Origin: Acidiferrobacterales bacterium
GTDB lineage: Bacteria > Pseudomonadota > Gammaproteobacteria > Arenicellales > JAJDZL01
Direction: 5' to 3'
Length of the DNA stretch: 64,000 bases
NCBI GenBank assembly: GCA_028820695.1
Contig: JAPPIB010000008.1
Coordinates: 1,395 to 65,394 of the forward strand
This document shows, piece by piece, positions 1-9,073 of this stretch (position 1 is the first letter of the stretch; each line of letters opens with the position of its first letter). Under the pieces are notes generated by a model that was given only the letters and a program-made list of their open reading frames with translations, had not been told where the DNA came from and did no database searches. The translations under genes and the position numbers were made by a program.

Positions 1-400
1 TGAGAAACTCTGCATAGTAAATCGCATATCCGTGATGCAACATCCTGTCACCACCCGAAGCGAGAGTCTCGGAGCCAACGGGATCGATTAAACTGTTTTT
101 GGTGGGTATACAGATAACCTTTCCTCCAAATTTTATTTCTGCATCAATCAACCATTCCCGTGATCCTGGTTCTGAAACCGATCGTAGCCTGCGCCAAGTA
201 TTCTCATAAATTCTGTTGCGCGATCTCACAATTGAACGGTGCCAGTCTTGGCGCGTTCTCCAAGTTCTGAATTTGATGCGCAAAGTCCGATAAGTCTGAT
301 ACCCGACACTGTCCCAAATTCTTGCACGAATCAACTGCTTGTACTTGAGTCTGACAATGTGTTTGTAAGCTTTGTACCTATGCCAAAAAGTTCTTTCCAT
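1..400 (-). CDS. class I SAM-dependent methyltransferase, N-terminal part only (3' end runs off the window); paralogue of 678..1664
   Basis: Hand translation of the minus strand from the ATG at 398-400 gives MERTFWHRYKAYKHIVRLKYKQLIRARIW...ASGGDRMLHHGYAIYYAEFL. The GGDRMLHxGYAxxYAxFL block matches GGDRMLHRGYADHYARFL in the neighbouring ORF. It is absent from the ORF track because it is open at the window edge. Confidence 0.5.
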   Translation of the reverse strand, partial: MERTFWHRYKAYKHIVRLKYKQLIRARIWDSVGYQTYRTLRIKFRTWRTRQDWHRSIVRSRNRIYENTWRRLRSVSEPGSREWLIDAEIKFGGKVICIPTKNSLIDPVGSETLASGGDRMLHHGYAIYYAEFL

Positions 401-677
401 TATTTTCGATAACCCTTTTTCATTAGAATCAATGGCGAGACATTGAAACTCCCTCCGGCAGTAAAGAGCACTTCGTGTTAGTTAACTCAGAACGGAAAAC
501 CACACATGCGTATTCGAATGACATGCTGGAGCCGAGTGATTGAACAAAGAGGAGCACGTTAAAGATACTCAATCATTGGGATTGGGTGTGCGTCAGTTCG
601 TCAGTTGAAGTGGTTGTGCGTCTGACCGGCGAGTCTATTCGAGATAAAATCATAAACGCTTGATAGTAACAGAAAAT

Positions 678-1664
678 TCAGTCGACGCGGTAATCACCAA
701 CGGAGGTCAACACACTCATTGCGACATCGTTGAATATGACAAATTGTTCGTAGTTGGACTGAATCTTTCTGTAAATCCACTGATTGTCTTCGATGAAATA
801 GACGAACTTTTCGGCAAGGTGTGGTGAAGCACTATCAAGTGTGGTCAGAATCGACTCGTCGGAGTGGTTGCCATCGTCCACAAAAATATCAATTCTGTCC
901 CCATCCAGAATATCCTCCAGGTATTTTGCACAATACACGAACTGATCATATTCATACAGTTCAGGGTAATTCGTCCCGAAAGCACCAATTTTACGCAGAT
1001 TCTCCTCGTTTCGATAGAAACTGGACAAGTCGAAATCCAATCCGATGACTCTGGAGTTCGGAAACAAATCACACCATATCGCAAGACCGGTACCCTTCAG
1101 CACGCCGACCTCGCACAACACAATCCGATCCTTGTCGCGATTGTGCACATACGGCTCAAGAAACCTTGCATAGTGATCAGCATATCCACGATGGAGCATT
1201 CTATCTCCCCCTGTTTGCGGGCGCGGCTGTAAACCTTCAACGTACCTTCGGTCGTGACTGCTCAACTTTTCGATGGTCACATTTTCGGAGTATCCGCCAT
1301 ATCGGATTTCAGTTTGAATGAGCCAATTCGCAGTTCCCGGTGTTGTTGCCGTTGAAACTTCATCAAGGTGAAGACGCTCCGTTTCCCTGTATCTCTTTGT
1401 GATGCCGGCGTCAGTTCTGCGTTTGACCTTATATGCTCGCTCCGCGGCTCTGATTTTCAAATACCATCTCGTATTGCCAAATCGTTTCCAAATCGACCTT
1501 TTCAATCCAAGTCGAACTTCACGCATCAGATGTTTTAGCTTTCCCCTGGGCTTCATTGTTCCATTGTCCGTTTTTCGAAATGACAGATACGTGTCGGAAG
1601 CGGTCGGGGACTTTCGATACCATTGATACGCATGTGTCCGCCAATCAAACGTCTTACAGAGCAT
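678..1664 (-). CDS. class I SAM-dependent methyltransferase (polysaccharide/glycan-modification type) with a basic N-terminal extension
   Basis: 328-aa ORF. It has an HxGYA..YA.FL motif followed by a Rossmann-like SAM-binding stretch (IVLCEVGVLKGTGLAIWCDLFPNSRVIGLDFD). An alternative ATG lies at 1556 (MKPRGKLKHL...). Confidence 0.65.
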   Translation of the reverse strand: MLCKTFDWRTHAYQWYRKSPTASDTYLSFRKTDNGTMKPRGKLKHLMREVRLGLKRSIWKRFGNTRWYLKIRAAERAYKVKRRTDAGITKRYRETERLHLDEVSTATTPGTANWLIQTEIRYGGYSENVTIEKLSSHDRRYVEGLQPRPQTGGDRMLHRGYADHYARFLEPYVHNRDKDRIVLCEVGVLKGTGLAIWCDLFPNSRVIGLDFDLSSFYRNEENLRKIGAFGTNYPELYEYDQFVYCAKYLEDILDGDRIDIFVDDGNHSDESILTTLDSASPHLAEKFVYFIEDNQWIYRKIQSNYEQFVIFNDVAMSVLTSVGDYRVD

Positions 1665-1787
1665 CGCCTGACGAATGTCTGATCGTTAAACCATACCGTT
1701 TCGCCCGGTCCCCAATTTTTGCAGATTAATTCGTGCAACGCGGACCACCGCGCTCTTTGGTCACAATCTTCCAGATTAAACTCTGCA

Positions 1788-3320
1788 TCAGACTGCCAAT
1801 TTGGCCCGCCTTTCCTTGGCGACATTGACGAATCGGTCAAGTTCTTCCACAACACTGGGGTCAATATTCGGCTGCTCATACTCTTCCAGCAGTCGTTTGA
1901 ACAATCGATTCGCCCTGACAGTCGAATCGACCGCACCGTCTTCGTACCAAGTCTCGAAGTTTCGCCAGTCGGACAGTATGGGTCGATAAAACTCCGAATC
2001 ATAGCGCTCCATCGTCTGTCGGGCGGAGAAATAATGACCACCCGGACCGACTTCACGAATGGCATCTAGACCCAGTGTATCATCATCGACAACAACTGGC
2101 TTGAGAACCTCGACCATACCTTGCAGTATCTCGGCGTCAATGACAAATTTCTCAAACGACGCACAAAGCCCGCCCTCAAGCCATCCCAACGCGTGGTGAA
2201 TCAGATTGGCATGCCCCATGATACTGCCCCAAACCGCCATCTGTGATTCATAGGCAGCCTGTACATCAGGTGCATTCGATGCATTGACATTCGAGGACCG
2301 GTAAGGCAGATTGTAGAACCTGGCGAACTGCCCGCCAATCAGGGTCGCCTTGACAAATTCTGGCGTCCCGAATGCGGGAGAACCGGATTGCATGTCGACA
2401 TTGGATGTGAAGCCGCCATAGATCACCGGCGCGCCTGGATTGACAATCTGGGAAAAGGCGATCCCTGCGAGCGCTTCAGCATTTTGCTGCGTCACCGCAC
2501 CGGCCAGCGTGATCGGTGCCATCGCACCAGCCAATGTGAAAGGAGTGATGACAACGACCTGATTCATTCGCGACAGCTCGATGATTCCCCATAACATGGG
2601 TACGTCATACTGCAATGGTGAATTGACATTGACGATGGTAAAAAGACTCGGCTCTCGAGACAGCTGGGCACGAGAAATTTTCCGGCTGATACACGCAATC
2701 TCAATCGAGTCCAGAACACGGTCGCGACCCAGGGAATAACACCGGAACACCTTGTCCGTCAACATCACATTCGCCCGCGCCGTATCCAGATGCCTGGTCT
2801 GGGGGTTCAGGTCCAAGGGTTCGACCGGATGACCTGAAATTGCATGGGCGATGTTCACACATTGTGCCAGCTTGATAAACTTGCAATAATCCTCATAGGT
2901 TCCAGAACGTCTGCCGTTGTCTATGTCACTGCAGTTCGGCGGTCCGGCAACGGTCGAAAATGCCAGCCAGCGTCCGCCCATCCGCAAACAGCGTTCTGGA
3001 TTCCTTGCATGGATGGTAAATTCAGATGGCGCTGTCCTGATCGACTCCAATATCAGGTTTCTGTCAAACCGTACCCGTGTGCTCTCGTTGTCAACATCAG
3101 CACCTGCTATCTTGAGGATCTGTCGGGCTTCGTCAAGCAGAAAATTGACACCAACCTCTTCCAGAACGGTGAGGGACGCATCGTGAATCCGCTCCATCTG
3201 TTCCAGCGACAGCAGTTCAACAGGGTCATAGGGATTCTGGACTTGCTGAAAGGGAAGCTGTGCGACGACCGAATCCGACCGCTTGGGTCGCCGCTTTCTC
3301 CGTGTTGCAGAATCAGCCAC
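1788..3320 (-). CDS. MttB-superfamily methyltransferase, non-pyrrolysine member (quaternary-amine/glycine-betaine-type methyltransferase)
   Basis: 510-aa uninterrupted ORF with a GTG start. It has the Arg-rich N-terminus (RRKRRPKR) and the blocks typical of trimethylamine-methyltransferase-family proteins (...LSLEQMERIHDASLTVLEEVGV...). There is no in-frame TAG. Confidence 0.8.
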   Translation of the reverse strand: MADSATRRKRRPKRSDSVVAQLPFQQVQNPYDPVELLSLEQMERIHDASLTVLEEVGVNFLLDEARQILKIAGADVDNESTRVRFDRNLILESIRTAPSEFTIHARNPERCLRMGGRWLAFSTVAGPPNCSDIDNGRRSGTYEDYCKFIKLAQCVNIAHAISGHPVEPLDLNPQTRHLDTARANVMLTDKVFRCYSLGRDRVLDSIEIACISRKISRAQLSREPSLFTIVNVNSPLQYDVPMLWGIIELSRMNQVVVITPFTLAGAMAPITLAGAVTQQNAEALAGIAFSQIVNPGAPVIYGGFTSNVDMQSGSPAFGTPEFVKATLIGGQFARFYNLPYRSSNVNASNAPDVQAAYESQMAVWGSIMGHANLIHHALGWLEGGLCASFEKFVIDAEILQGMVEVLKPVVVDDDTLGLDAIREVGPGGHYFSARQTMERYDSEFYRPILSDWRNFETWYEDGAVDSTVRANRLFKRLLEEYEQPNIDPSVVEELDRFVNVAKERRAKLAV

Positions 3321-3584
3321 TTTCCAGCTCTGTCAAATTCGTCGCTCTGGAGTCACTGGAATCCATAAATGTTTCGAAGTTCCGCGTGAGTGCAGAGATT
3401 CATTTTCAGTCGCAAGGATAGTCGCATCGATTCATCAACTGATTCTCAGTCACCCAGCGTCTGGATCTCTAAATCTCCGTTTCGGGCAGATCAATACACT
3501 GCTTATGAAATCAGGCAGATAATATATATTTAAACGCCTTGACAATTCCTCATTATTTGCGCAGATCCTGTCGACCGCTAGCAT

Positions 3585-5627
3585 ATGAAACCCAAATCCG
3601 ATCCCCTGCTCGAGCCCTTTCAGCTGAAGCATCTGCATCTTCGAAACCGGATCATCAGCACCAGTCACGAGCCTTCGTACTCCGAGGACATGTTGCCTAA
3701 ACTCCGCTATCAGCTGTATCACGAGGAGAAAGCAAAAGGCGGTATCGCGTTGACTATGTTCGGCGGCTCAACACTGGTTGACCGGGACTCACCGCCGGCG
3801 TTCGGAAATCTCTACGCCGGCTCTGATGAAATTGTCCCCTACTTCAGGCAACTCGCTGATCGGGTCCATCAGTACGGGACCGCGGTCATGTGCCAGATCA
3901 CGCATCTGGGACGGCGGACTTCACCTTACGTCAATGATTGGTTGCCGACGGTGGCGGCCTCGTGCGTGCGCGAACCTGCCCACCGTTCTTTTCCGAAGGA
4001 GCTTGAGATTGAGGACATCTCAAGAATCGCCAAGGCTTACGGTGCGGCAGCCAGACGCTGTGTTGACGGCGATCTGGACGGAATTGAGATCGAGGGATAC
4101 GGACACCTGCTGGACGGATTCTGGGCGCGGCGCACCAACCGTCGTACTGACCGTTATGGCGGGAGTCTTGACAACCGCATTCGCTTTACCGTCGAGGTGA
4201 TTGACGAGATTCGCAATCAGGTGGGCAGCGACTTCATCGTTGGCATCCGTATGGTTATCGATGAGGATCTTGCCGATGGACTGGAATTTGAAGAGGGCAT
4301 GCAGATTGCGCAAATTCTGACCGATACCGGAAAATTGGACTTCATCAACGTGATCAAGGGACATGTCGATACCGACGAGGGGCTATCCCACGTCATACCG
4401 AATATGGGAACCCCTTCAGGGCCGCATCTCGAGTTCACTGCGGCGGTGCGTTCTGCCCTGAAACTACCCGTTTTCCACGCCGCGAGAATAGCCGATGTCG
4501 CAACTGCACGCCACGCAGTTGCGAGCGGTTGCGTCGATCTGGTCGGTATGACCCGGGCGCATATGGCTGATCCGCATATCGTCAGCAAGATTGAACAGGG
4601 TGCAGAGGATCAGATCCGACCCTGCGTGGGTGCAGGATACTGCATCGATCGGATCTATATGGGCGGCGAAGCGTTGTGTATTCACAACCCTGCAACCGGA
4701 CGGGAGGGACAGATACCTCACATCGTACCGCCTTCACGGACTCACAGACGCGTTGTCGTAGTCGGTGCCGGCCCCGCCGGCCTGGAAGCCGCCAGGGTGT
4801 GCTCTGAACGGGGACACGATGTCGTTTTGTTCGAGGCGGCCGATCAGCCGGGCGGACAACTCAACACTGCGGCGCGAGTTGAACGCCGGCGCGAAATACT
4901 GGGCGTGACCGACTGGTTATACGGACAGTTGCAACGTCTTTCGGTGGAAATGAGATTCAACCACTATGCCGAAGCCGGAGACGTGATCCAGGAAAATCCC
5001 GACGTGGTCATTGTTGCGACAGGTGGTTCGCCCAACCTGACATTCTTGAAATACGGTGCCGATTGCGTTACCACGACCTGGGATGTTCTGGATGGTGCTG
5101 CAACATTGCATGACGACGTACTGATCTACGACGATAACGGACAACATCAGGCAATTTCCTGCGCTGAGTTCCTGATCCGCAGAGGTTCAACGGTCAGGTT
5201 CGCAACCCCCGACCGGCAGATCGCTGAGGAAGTCGGCGGCACCAACTACCCGGTCTATTACAAACTGTTCTACGAGAACAACGTGGAGATGATCGTCAGT
5301 CAGCGTCTGATCGGCGCGCAACGCAAAGACGGGACGCTGGTCGGGCACTTCTACAACGAGTTCGACCGCTCTGCCACCCAGATTGAGGCTTCCCAGATTG
5401 TCGTCGAGCACGGCACGCTCCCAAACGACGAACTATATTTTGACCTCAAGCGCGACTCACTCAACCACGGTATTATCGATTTTGACGCCCTGGTCAATGG
5501 AACTCCCCAGAATACGGTTGCAAATCCCGACGGCAACTATCAGCTGTTCAGGGTGGGAGACGCAGTGGCAAGCAGAAACATATATGCCGCCTTGTATGAT
5601 TCAATTAGACTCTGCCTTCAGATCTAG
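3585..5627 (+). CDS. OYE-like FMN domain fused to an FAD/NAD(P)-binding domain; N-methylproline demethylase (StcD) / DgcA / 2,4-dienoyl-CoA-reductase family
   Basis: 680-aa ORF. It has an N-terminal NADH:flavin oxidoreductase TIM-barrel signature, a Cys cluster (RPCVGAGYCIDRIYMGGEALCIHNP) and then a dinucleotide fold (VVVVGAGPAGLEAA). Confidence 0.75.
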   Translation: MKPKSDPLLEPFQLKHLHLRNRIISTSHEPSYSEDMLPKLRYQLYHEEKAKGGIALTMFGGSTLVDRDSPPAFGNLYAGSDEIVPYFRQLADRVHQYGTAVMCQITHLGRRTSPYVNDWLPTVAASCVREPAHRSFPKELEIEDISRIAKAYGAAARRCVDGDLDGIEIEGYGHLLDGFWARRTNRRTDRYGGSLDNRIRFTVEVIDEIRNQVGSDFIVGIRMVIDEDLADGLEFEEGMQIAQILTDTGKLDFINVIKGHVDTDEGLSHVIPNMGTPSGPHLEFTAAVRSALKLPVFHAARIADVATARHAVASGCVDLVGMTRAHMADPHIVSKIEQGAEDQIRPCVGAGYCIDRIYMGGEALCIHNPATGREGQIPHIVPPSRTHRRVVVVGAGPAGLEAARVCSERGHDVVLFEAADQPGGQLNTAARVERRREILGVTDWLYGQLQRLSVEMRFNHYAEAGDVIQENPDVVIVATGGSPNLTFLKYGADCVTTTWDVLDGAATLHDDVLIYDDNGQHQAISCAEFLIRRGSTVRFATPDRQIAEEVGGTNYPVYYKLFYENNVEMIVSQRLIGAQRKDGTLVGHFYNEFDRSATQIEASQIVVEHGTLPNDELYFDLKRDSLNHGIIDFDALVNGTPQNTVANPDGNYQLFRVGDAVASRNIYAALYDSIRLCLQI

Positions 5628-6752
5628 ATGACCGCCAGAGCCATCGACATCGCGATCATCGGCGGCGGCATTGCCGGTGCATCTGTCGGATCCTTTCTGG
5701 CAAATTCAGGTGTGCAGGTACATCTTTTCGAAATGGAAGACTCGCTCGCCTATCACACGACCGGACGAAGTGCCGCGCTGCTGACCCCATATTACGGACC
5801 CGACTCGATGAAGGCATTCGCGACAATCGGACGCTCGTACCTGGAAAGTGAATCGGCACAGGCTGAAGACCCGCTGATCGAACCCCGGGACCTGCTGACC
5901 GTGATCGACGCCAATCAGACACTTACAGTCGAAAGACCGCCTAACTGCGTCTGGTGGGACGAATCCACCTGCCTCGAAAAAGTGCCCTTTCTACGAAGCG
6001 GGAAATTCCTCGGCGGCATTGTTGACAAGGAAGTCTTCAGTATTGACGTGCACGCCCTTCATTCGCATTATGTACGCAACATAACCCGTAAGGGCGGTGT
6101 CATCCATCTTGACTCGAGGATCGATAGTCTCAATCAGGATCCATCTGGCTTTTGGGAACTCAGTACGGACGGACAATCCTATAAGACACCGACCGTATGC
6201 AATGCGGCAGGCGCCTGGGGTGATGAACTCGCCCGCATTGCAGATATCGCACCCGTAGGACTTGTACCAAAACGGCGAACTGTTGCTATTCTCGATAGCA
6301 GTCAGTTTCCAGACGTCAATTTCGACATAGAAACTTTCGTCGTAGTGGAGCCGAACTACGTCTATTTCCAGAATTTCGGTGTCGGCAAACTCATGCTGTC
6401 GGCTGCTGACCAGACTCCAAGTGTCCCCTGCGATGCACAACCTGACGAAATGGATCTGGCGGTTGCCATTGCAAGATTCGAGGAGACGACCGACCTTAAG
6501 GTCACGCGTATTGATCACAGCTGGGCTGGCCTTCGAACTTTTGCCCCTGACCACAACCCTGTCATTGGTTGGGAACCTCACCGCGAAGGTTTCTTCTGGC
6601 TGGTCGGTCAGGGTGGTTACGGCATATTTTCGTCGCCCGGCATCGGCTGCTACGCTGCCTCGCTGCTCAGTGGCAGTGAGCCTCCGAATGCCTACGTACA
6701 GTCGCCGTTTGAATTCAGTACGCTGTCACCTGACCGCTTCCGACTGACCTGA
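5628..6752 (+). CDS. FAD-dependent oxidoreductase, DAO (glycine/D-amino-acid oxidase) family
   Basis: 374-aa ORF with an N-terminal GxGxxG fold (IAIIGGGIAGASVG). Its ATG directly abuts the upstream TAG (TAGATG), which suggests co-translation with 3585..5627. Confidence 0.75.
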   Translation: MTARAIDIAIIGGGIAGASVGSFLANSGVQVHLFEMEDSLAYHTTGRSAALLTPYYGPDSMKAFATIGRSYLESESAQAEDPLIEPRDLLTVIDANQTLTVERPPNCVWWDESTCLEKVPFLRSGKFLGGIVDKEVFSIDVHALHSHYVRNITRKGGVIHLDSRIDSLNQDPSGFWELSTDGQSYKTPTVCNAAGAWGDELARIADIAPVGLVPKRRTVAILDSSQFPDVNFDIETFVVVEPNYVYFQNFGVGKLMLSAADQTPSVPCDAQPDEMDLAVAIARFEETTDLKVTRIDHSWAGLRTFAPDHNPVIGWEPHREGFFWLVGQGGYGIFSSPGIGCYAASLLSGSEPPNAYVQSPFEFSTLSPDRFRLT

Positions 6753-6770
6753 TATCCGGCAATCCAGGAA

Positions 6771-7128
6771 GCTTACAGTCCTGACAGGGCTTGGTCGAGG
6801 TCGGCGATCAGCTCATCCACATCCTCGATGCCGACTGACAGCCGGATCAGATTGACCGGCACCTGACTGTGCTGTCCCTCAACGGTTCTTCGATGCTCGA
6901 TCAGACTTTCAACGCCACCCAAAGACATCGCACGGACGAATACGTACGCCCAAGAGGCGAATTTCCGGGGTGGCTCGGAAGACCTGGATACAGAACCGGA
7001 TCAACTGCATCGTGCGATTCCAGGAACCGGGTGGTTCTCATGGCATTGTCCGAAGTCCGCTCATAACGGATCGACAGTGTTCTCATTCCCCTGAGCAGCA
7101 TCCATGGCTTGAACCTGGTTCCTGCCAC
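6771..7128 (-). pseudogene. decayed 3'-terminal copy of the Cys/Met-metabolism PLP enzyme gene at 10725..11858
   Basis: A 77-nt perfect match (6795-6871 = 10747-10823) and a further 44-nt perfect run link the two copies. The remnant translates to LLRGMRTLSIRYERTSDNAMR..RFLESHDAVDPVLYPGLPSHP, then loses frame through an internal deletion. It keeps the same LIADLDQALSGL* tail. Confidence 0.85.
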
Positions 7129-7346
7129 TCATACAGAGAGTGTCTTTTCAAGTCGCACTGAGGTTTCTGGGTTAAGTGCTCGGTAAAACATGTAATCGAT
7201 ACGTAAGAGCGGCAAGTGAAATCGGGAATTGTCCAGCACGAAAAACAAAAATATTTTCATTCTTGCAATATTGAATTGTTCGTGCAAGAATGCAAGAATG
7301 ATTTCAAGAGAAGTTCTGAACCAAATTTATCAGCATCTTGCTCAGT

Positions 7347-7393
7347 GTTTACCCCCACTGAAAATTAGAAAGTAATTTTCAGTGGGGGTAAAC
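7347..7393. repeat. perfect 21-bp-stem hairpin (GTTTACCCCCACTGAAAATTA / gaaag / TAATTTTCAGTGGGGGTAAAC) just downstream of hipA
   Basis: Read directly from the sequence. It lies 36 nt past the hipA stop on the minus strand. It has no clear U-tract, so a terminator role is uncertain. Confidence 0.6.
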
Positions 7394-7428
7394 AATAGAT
7401 GAACTTGGTCAGTTTTTCCTAGCGCTTC

Positions 7429-8691
7429 TTATTGTTCAGTCGAAAAAGTGTTTAGAAACTGTCTGCTCCATAGAAGTTTCTTGTCCGCATCGCTTAGTTC
7501 GGCTTCTTCGCATACGGCCTCCCAATGTTGCTCGATTGCAGTAATGAGCTTTTCGAAAATCATACGGGCTTGTTCATCAGACAGCAAGAAGTTATGTGCC
7601 GCTTCAAGACAGGTTCTAAGCCGGCTGAGGCTGTTGTTACCACAGATCAACATAGCTTGTGAAGCTTCATTGCCCGTGCGATTTTGCGGACATATGTCAT
7701 AGGCGGGTGTGAGAGTCAGGTCCCTGCCATCCCAAAATGCCGCATGGTTGCGCGCGTGATCATCCGTATTCCCACAAAGAATGTTAAAAACGAGCCGAGA
7801 GAATACTTCCACGAGGGTTTTTCTCGGATTTGTGAAGCGGTGACGGATGATTTCAGCAAAGGTTTCGTAACTGGCGTAATGTGCCATCATTTCATCTAGG
7901 CTAAGCAAAGTCAACGCAGAGACCATGGCCTTGCGCAGCCAAATGTTGTGCTTTGGAATTCGGTCAAACCGCTCGATCAGGAGCACGTCTTTACCAACGG
8001 CTTTGGTCAGTTGGACCGGTGCGACATTCAGTTCAGCTAACGCAGCAAGCCGCATTGCAATGAATTCAGCTTTGATAACACTGTAAAGATCAGTGCTAGA
8101 GGAAAACTTCGCAATGTACTTTTTATCCTGATCTTGGATCAAGGCCTTTGGACGCGCGCCGCCGATCGAACTGCTGTGGAACAACGCTTGATCCAGCTCA
8201 GGCGTGAATAGATCCCCCTTTTCGACCCGTTCGGAGGATTCAAGTAACTCTTCTATTGTTGGGTTTTCCGCAATTCGCGGCACGTATTCTGTTGGCGAAC
8301 GTTGAAAATCGAGTGCACCGATTCGATCAGAACCGGATTCCAGCAAGTAGGTCAGTTCATCCAATTCATTGGTATCCGTGTCCGCACCCTTTAGTCCGAG
8401 TAGTTTATTGATAATGACACGCCGGCCCCATGCATCGGGTGAGGCATCCCGGATGCAGCCAGGCATAGCCAAACCTTCTGACAGAGGCAGAACCCCACTC
8501 TGCAAGGGTAATTCCGGCTCATAAATCGAAATGGCAGGCTGACTGTCACCAATTCGTTCAAGATAGCTCTTGCCGTAGTTGAATCGGACATTGCCATTGT
8601 CAGCTTCCAACCGTCCGGCTACAACAGGTTCCGTTGCGTTCGGCAACCATATCCAGACGAAGGCTTCTTTCCCGCTGCTAGAAGTCATCAT
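7429..8691 (-). CDS. hipA: HipA-family serine/threonine kinase toxin (type II TA)
   Basis: 420-aa ORF. It has the HipA N-terminal couple domain (...DASPDAWGRRVI...), a GGARPKA loop and the catalytic loop CGNTDDHARNHA...LTPAYD. It overlaps the upstream HTH gene by 14 nt. Confidence 0.9.
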   Translation of the reverse strand: MMTSSSGKEAFVWIWLPNATEPVVAGRLEADNGNVRFNYGKSYLERIGDSQPAISIYEPELPLQSGVLPLSEGLAMPGCIRDASPDAWGRRVIINKLLGLKGADTDTNELDELTYLLESGSDRIGALDFQRSPTEYVPRIAENPTIEELLESSERVEKGDLFTPELDQALFHSSSIGGARPKALIQDQDKKYIAKFSSSTDLYSVIKAEFIAMRLAALAELNVAPVQLTKAVGKDVLLIERFDRIPKHNIWLRKAMVSALTLLSLDEMMAHYASYETFAEIIRHRFTNPRKTLVEVFSRLVFNILCGNTDDHARNHAAFWDGRDLTLTPAYDICPQNRTGNEASQAMLICGNNSLSRLRTCLEAAHNFLLSDEQARMIFEKLITAIEQHWEAVCEEAELSDADKKLLWSRQFLNTFSTEQ

Positions 8692-9016
8692 GCACCATCT
8701 TGGTTTTGTGGCGAACAGACTTCGGCAACAATTCCAGTTCTTGTTCTGTACGGTGCAGGTGCTTCTCTAGTGTGCTCCGATCCGCGTCAAATAGCTTTAA
8801 GCCAACTATGGTCGCGACTTCGAATACCACGCCAATTTCACATTTAGGATTTCCTTTCTCGATGCGTTGCAGCAGTCCTCTGGAAATTCCAGCGCGATCT
8901 GCCACTTCCTGCATAGTGAATTCGCGTTTTTTCCGCGCTGTGCGAATCAGGCGTCCAAGAAGGACGGACGCAGTTTGACTGTATCGCGAGTAGGTGCGTG
9001 TTATGGACTTTGGCAT
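8678..9016 (-). CDS. hipB: XRE-family HTH antitoxin (HipB-like)
   Basis: The track ORF (8678..9205) is trimmed to the ATG at 9014-9016 (MPKSITRTYS...). The HTH is LGRLIRTARKKREFTMQEVADRAGISRGLLQRIEKG. The upstream extension has no homology and would overrun the operator palindrome. Confidence 0.8.
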   Translation of the reverse strand: MPKSITRTYSRYSQTASVLLGRLIRTARKKREFTMQEVADRAGISRGLLQRIEKGNPKCEIGVVFEVATIVGLKLFDADRSTLEKHLHRTEQELELLPKSVRHKTKMVHDDF

Positions 9017-9032
9017 CAATTCTATTATTGCT

Positions 9033-9073
9033 TCATATATGAACCATAGAATTATTTTATGGTTCTTATATGA
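9033..9073. promoter_or_regulatory. putative hipBA operator: 16-nt inverted repeat with a 9-nt spacer
   Basis: The arms are TCATATATGAACCATA (9033-9048) and TATGGTTCTTATATGA (9058-9073), with one mismatch. The site begins 17 nt upstream of the hipB start, in an AT-rich promoter-like region. Confidence 0.5.

Noticed and set aside
1788-3320. Possibility that the MttB homologue is a pyrrolysine (UAG)-containing trimethylamine methyltransferase.
   Set aside because: The ORF is continuous over 510 codons with no in-frame TAG, and no pyl genes are visible. It is treated as a non-Pyl member.
1553-3368. Numerous track ORFs overlapping or antisense to the MttB-family gene (for example 1553..2065, 1719..2069, 2844..3368, 2917..3186). 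Similar shadow ORFs occur inside ileS, murJ, the TRAP permeases, the acetoacetyl-CoA synthetase gene and elsewhere.
   Set aside because: They lie inside long ORFs with clear family signatures, have Arg/Ser/Pro-rich low-complexity translations typical of off-frame reading, and show no recognisable motifs.
7429-9016. Tripartite HipBST-type architecture (split kinase).
   Set aside because: Both kinases (420 and 416 aa) are full-length with the N-terminal HipA subdomain present, and no separate HipS-like small ORF is present.
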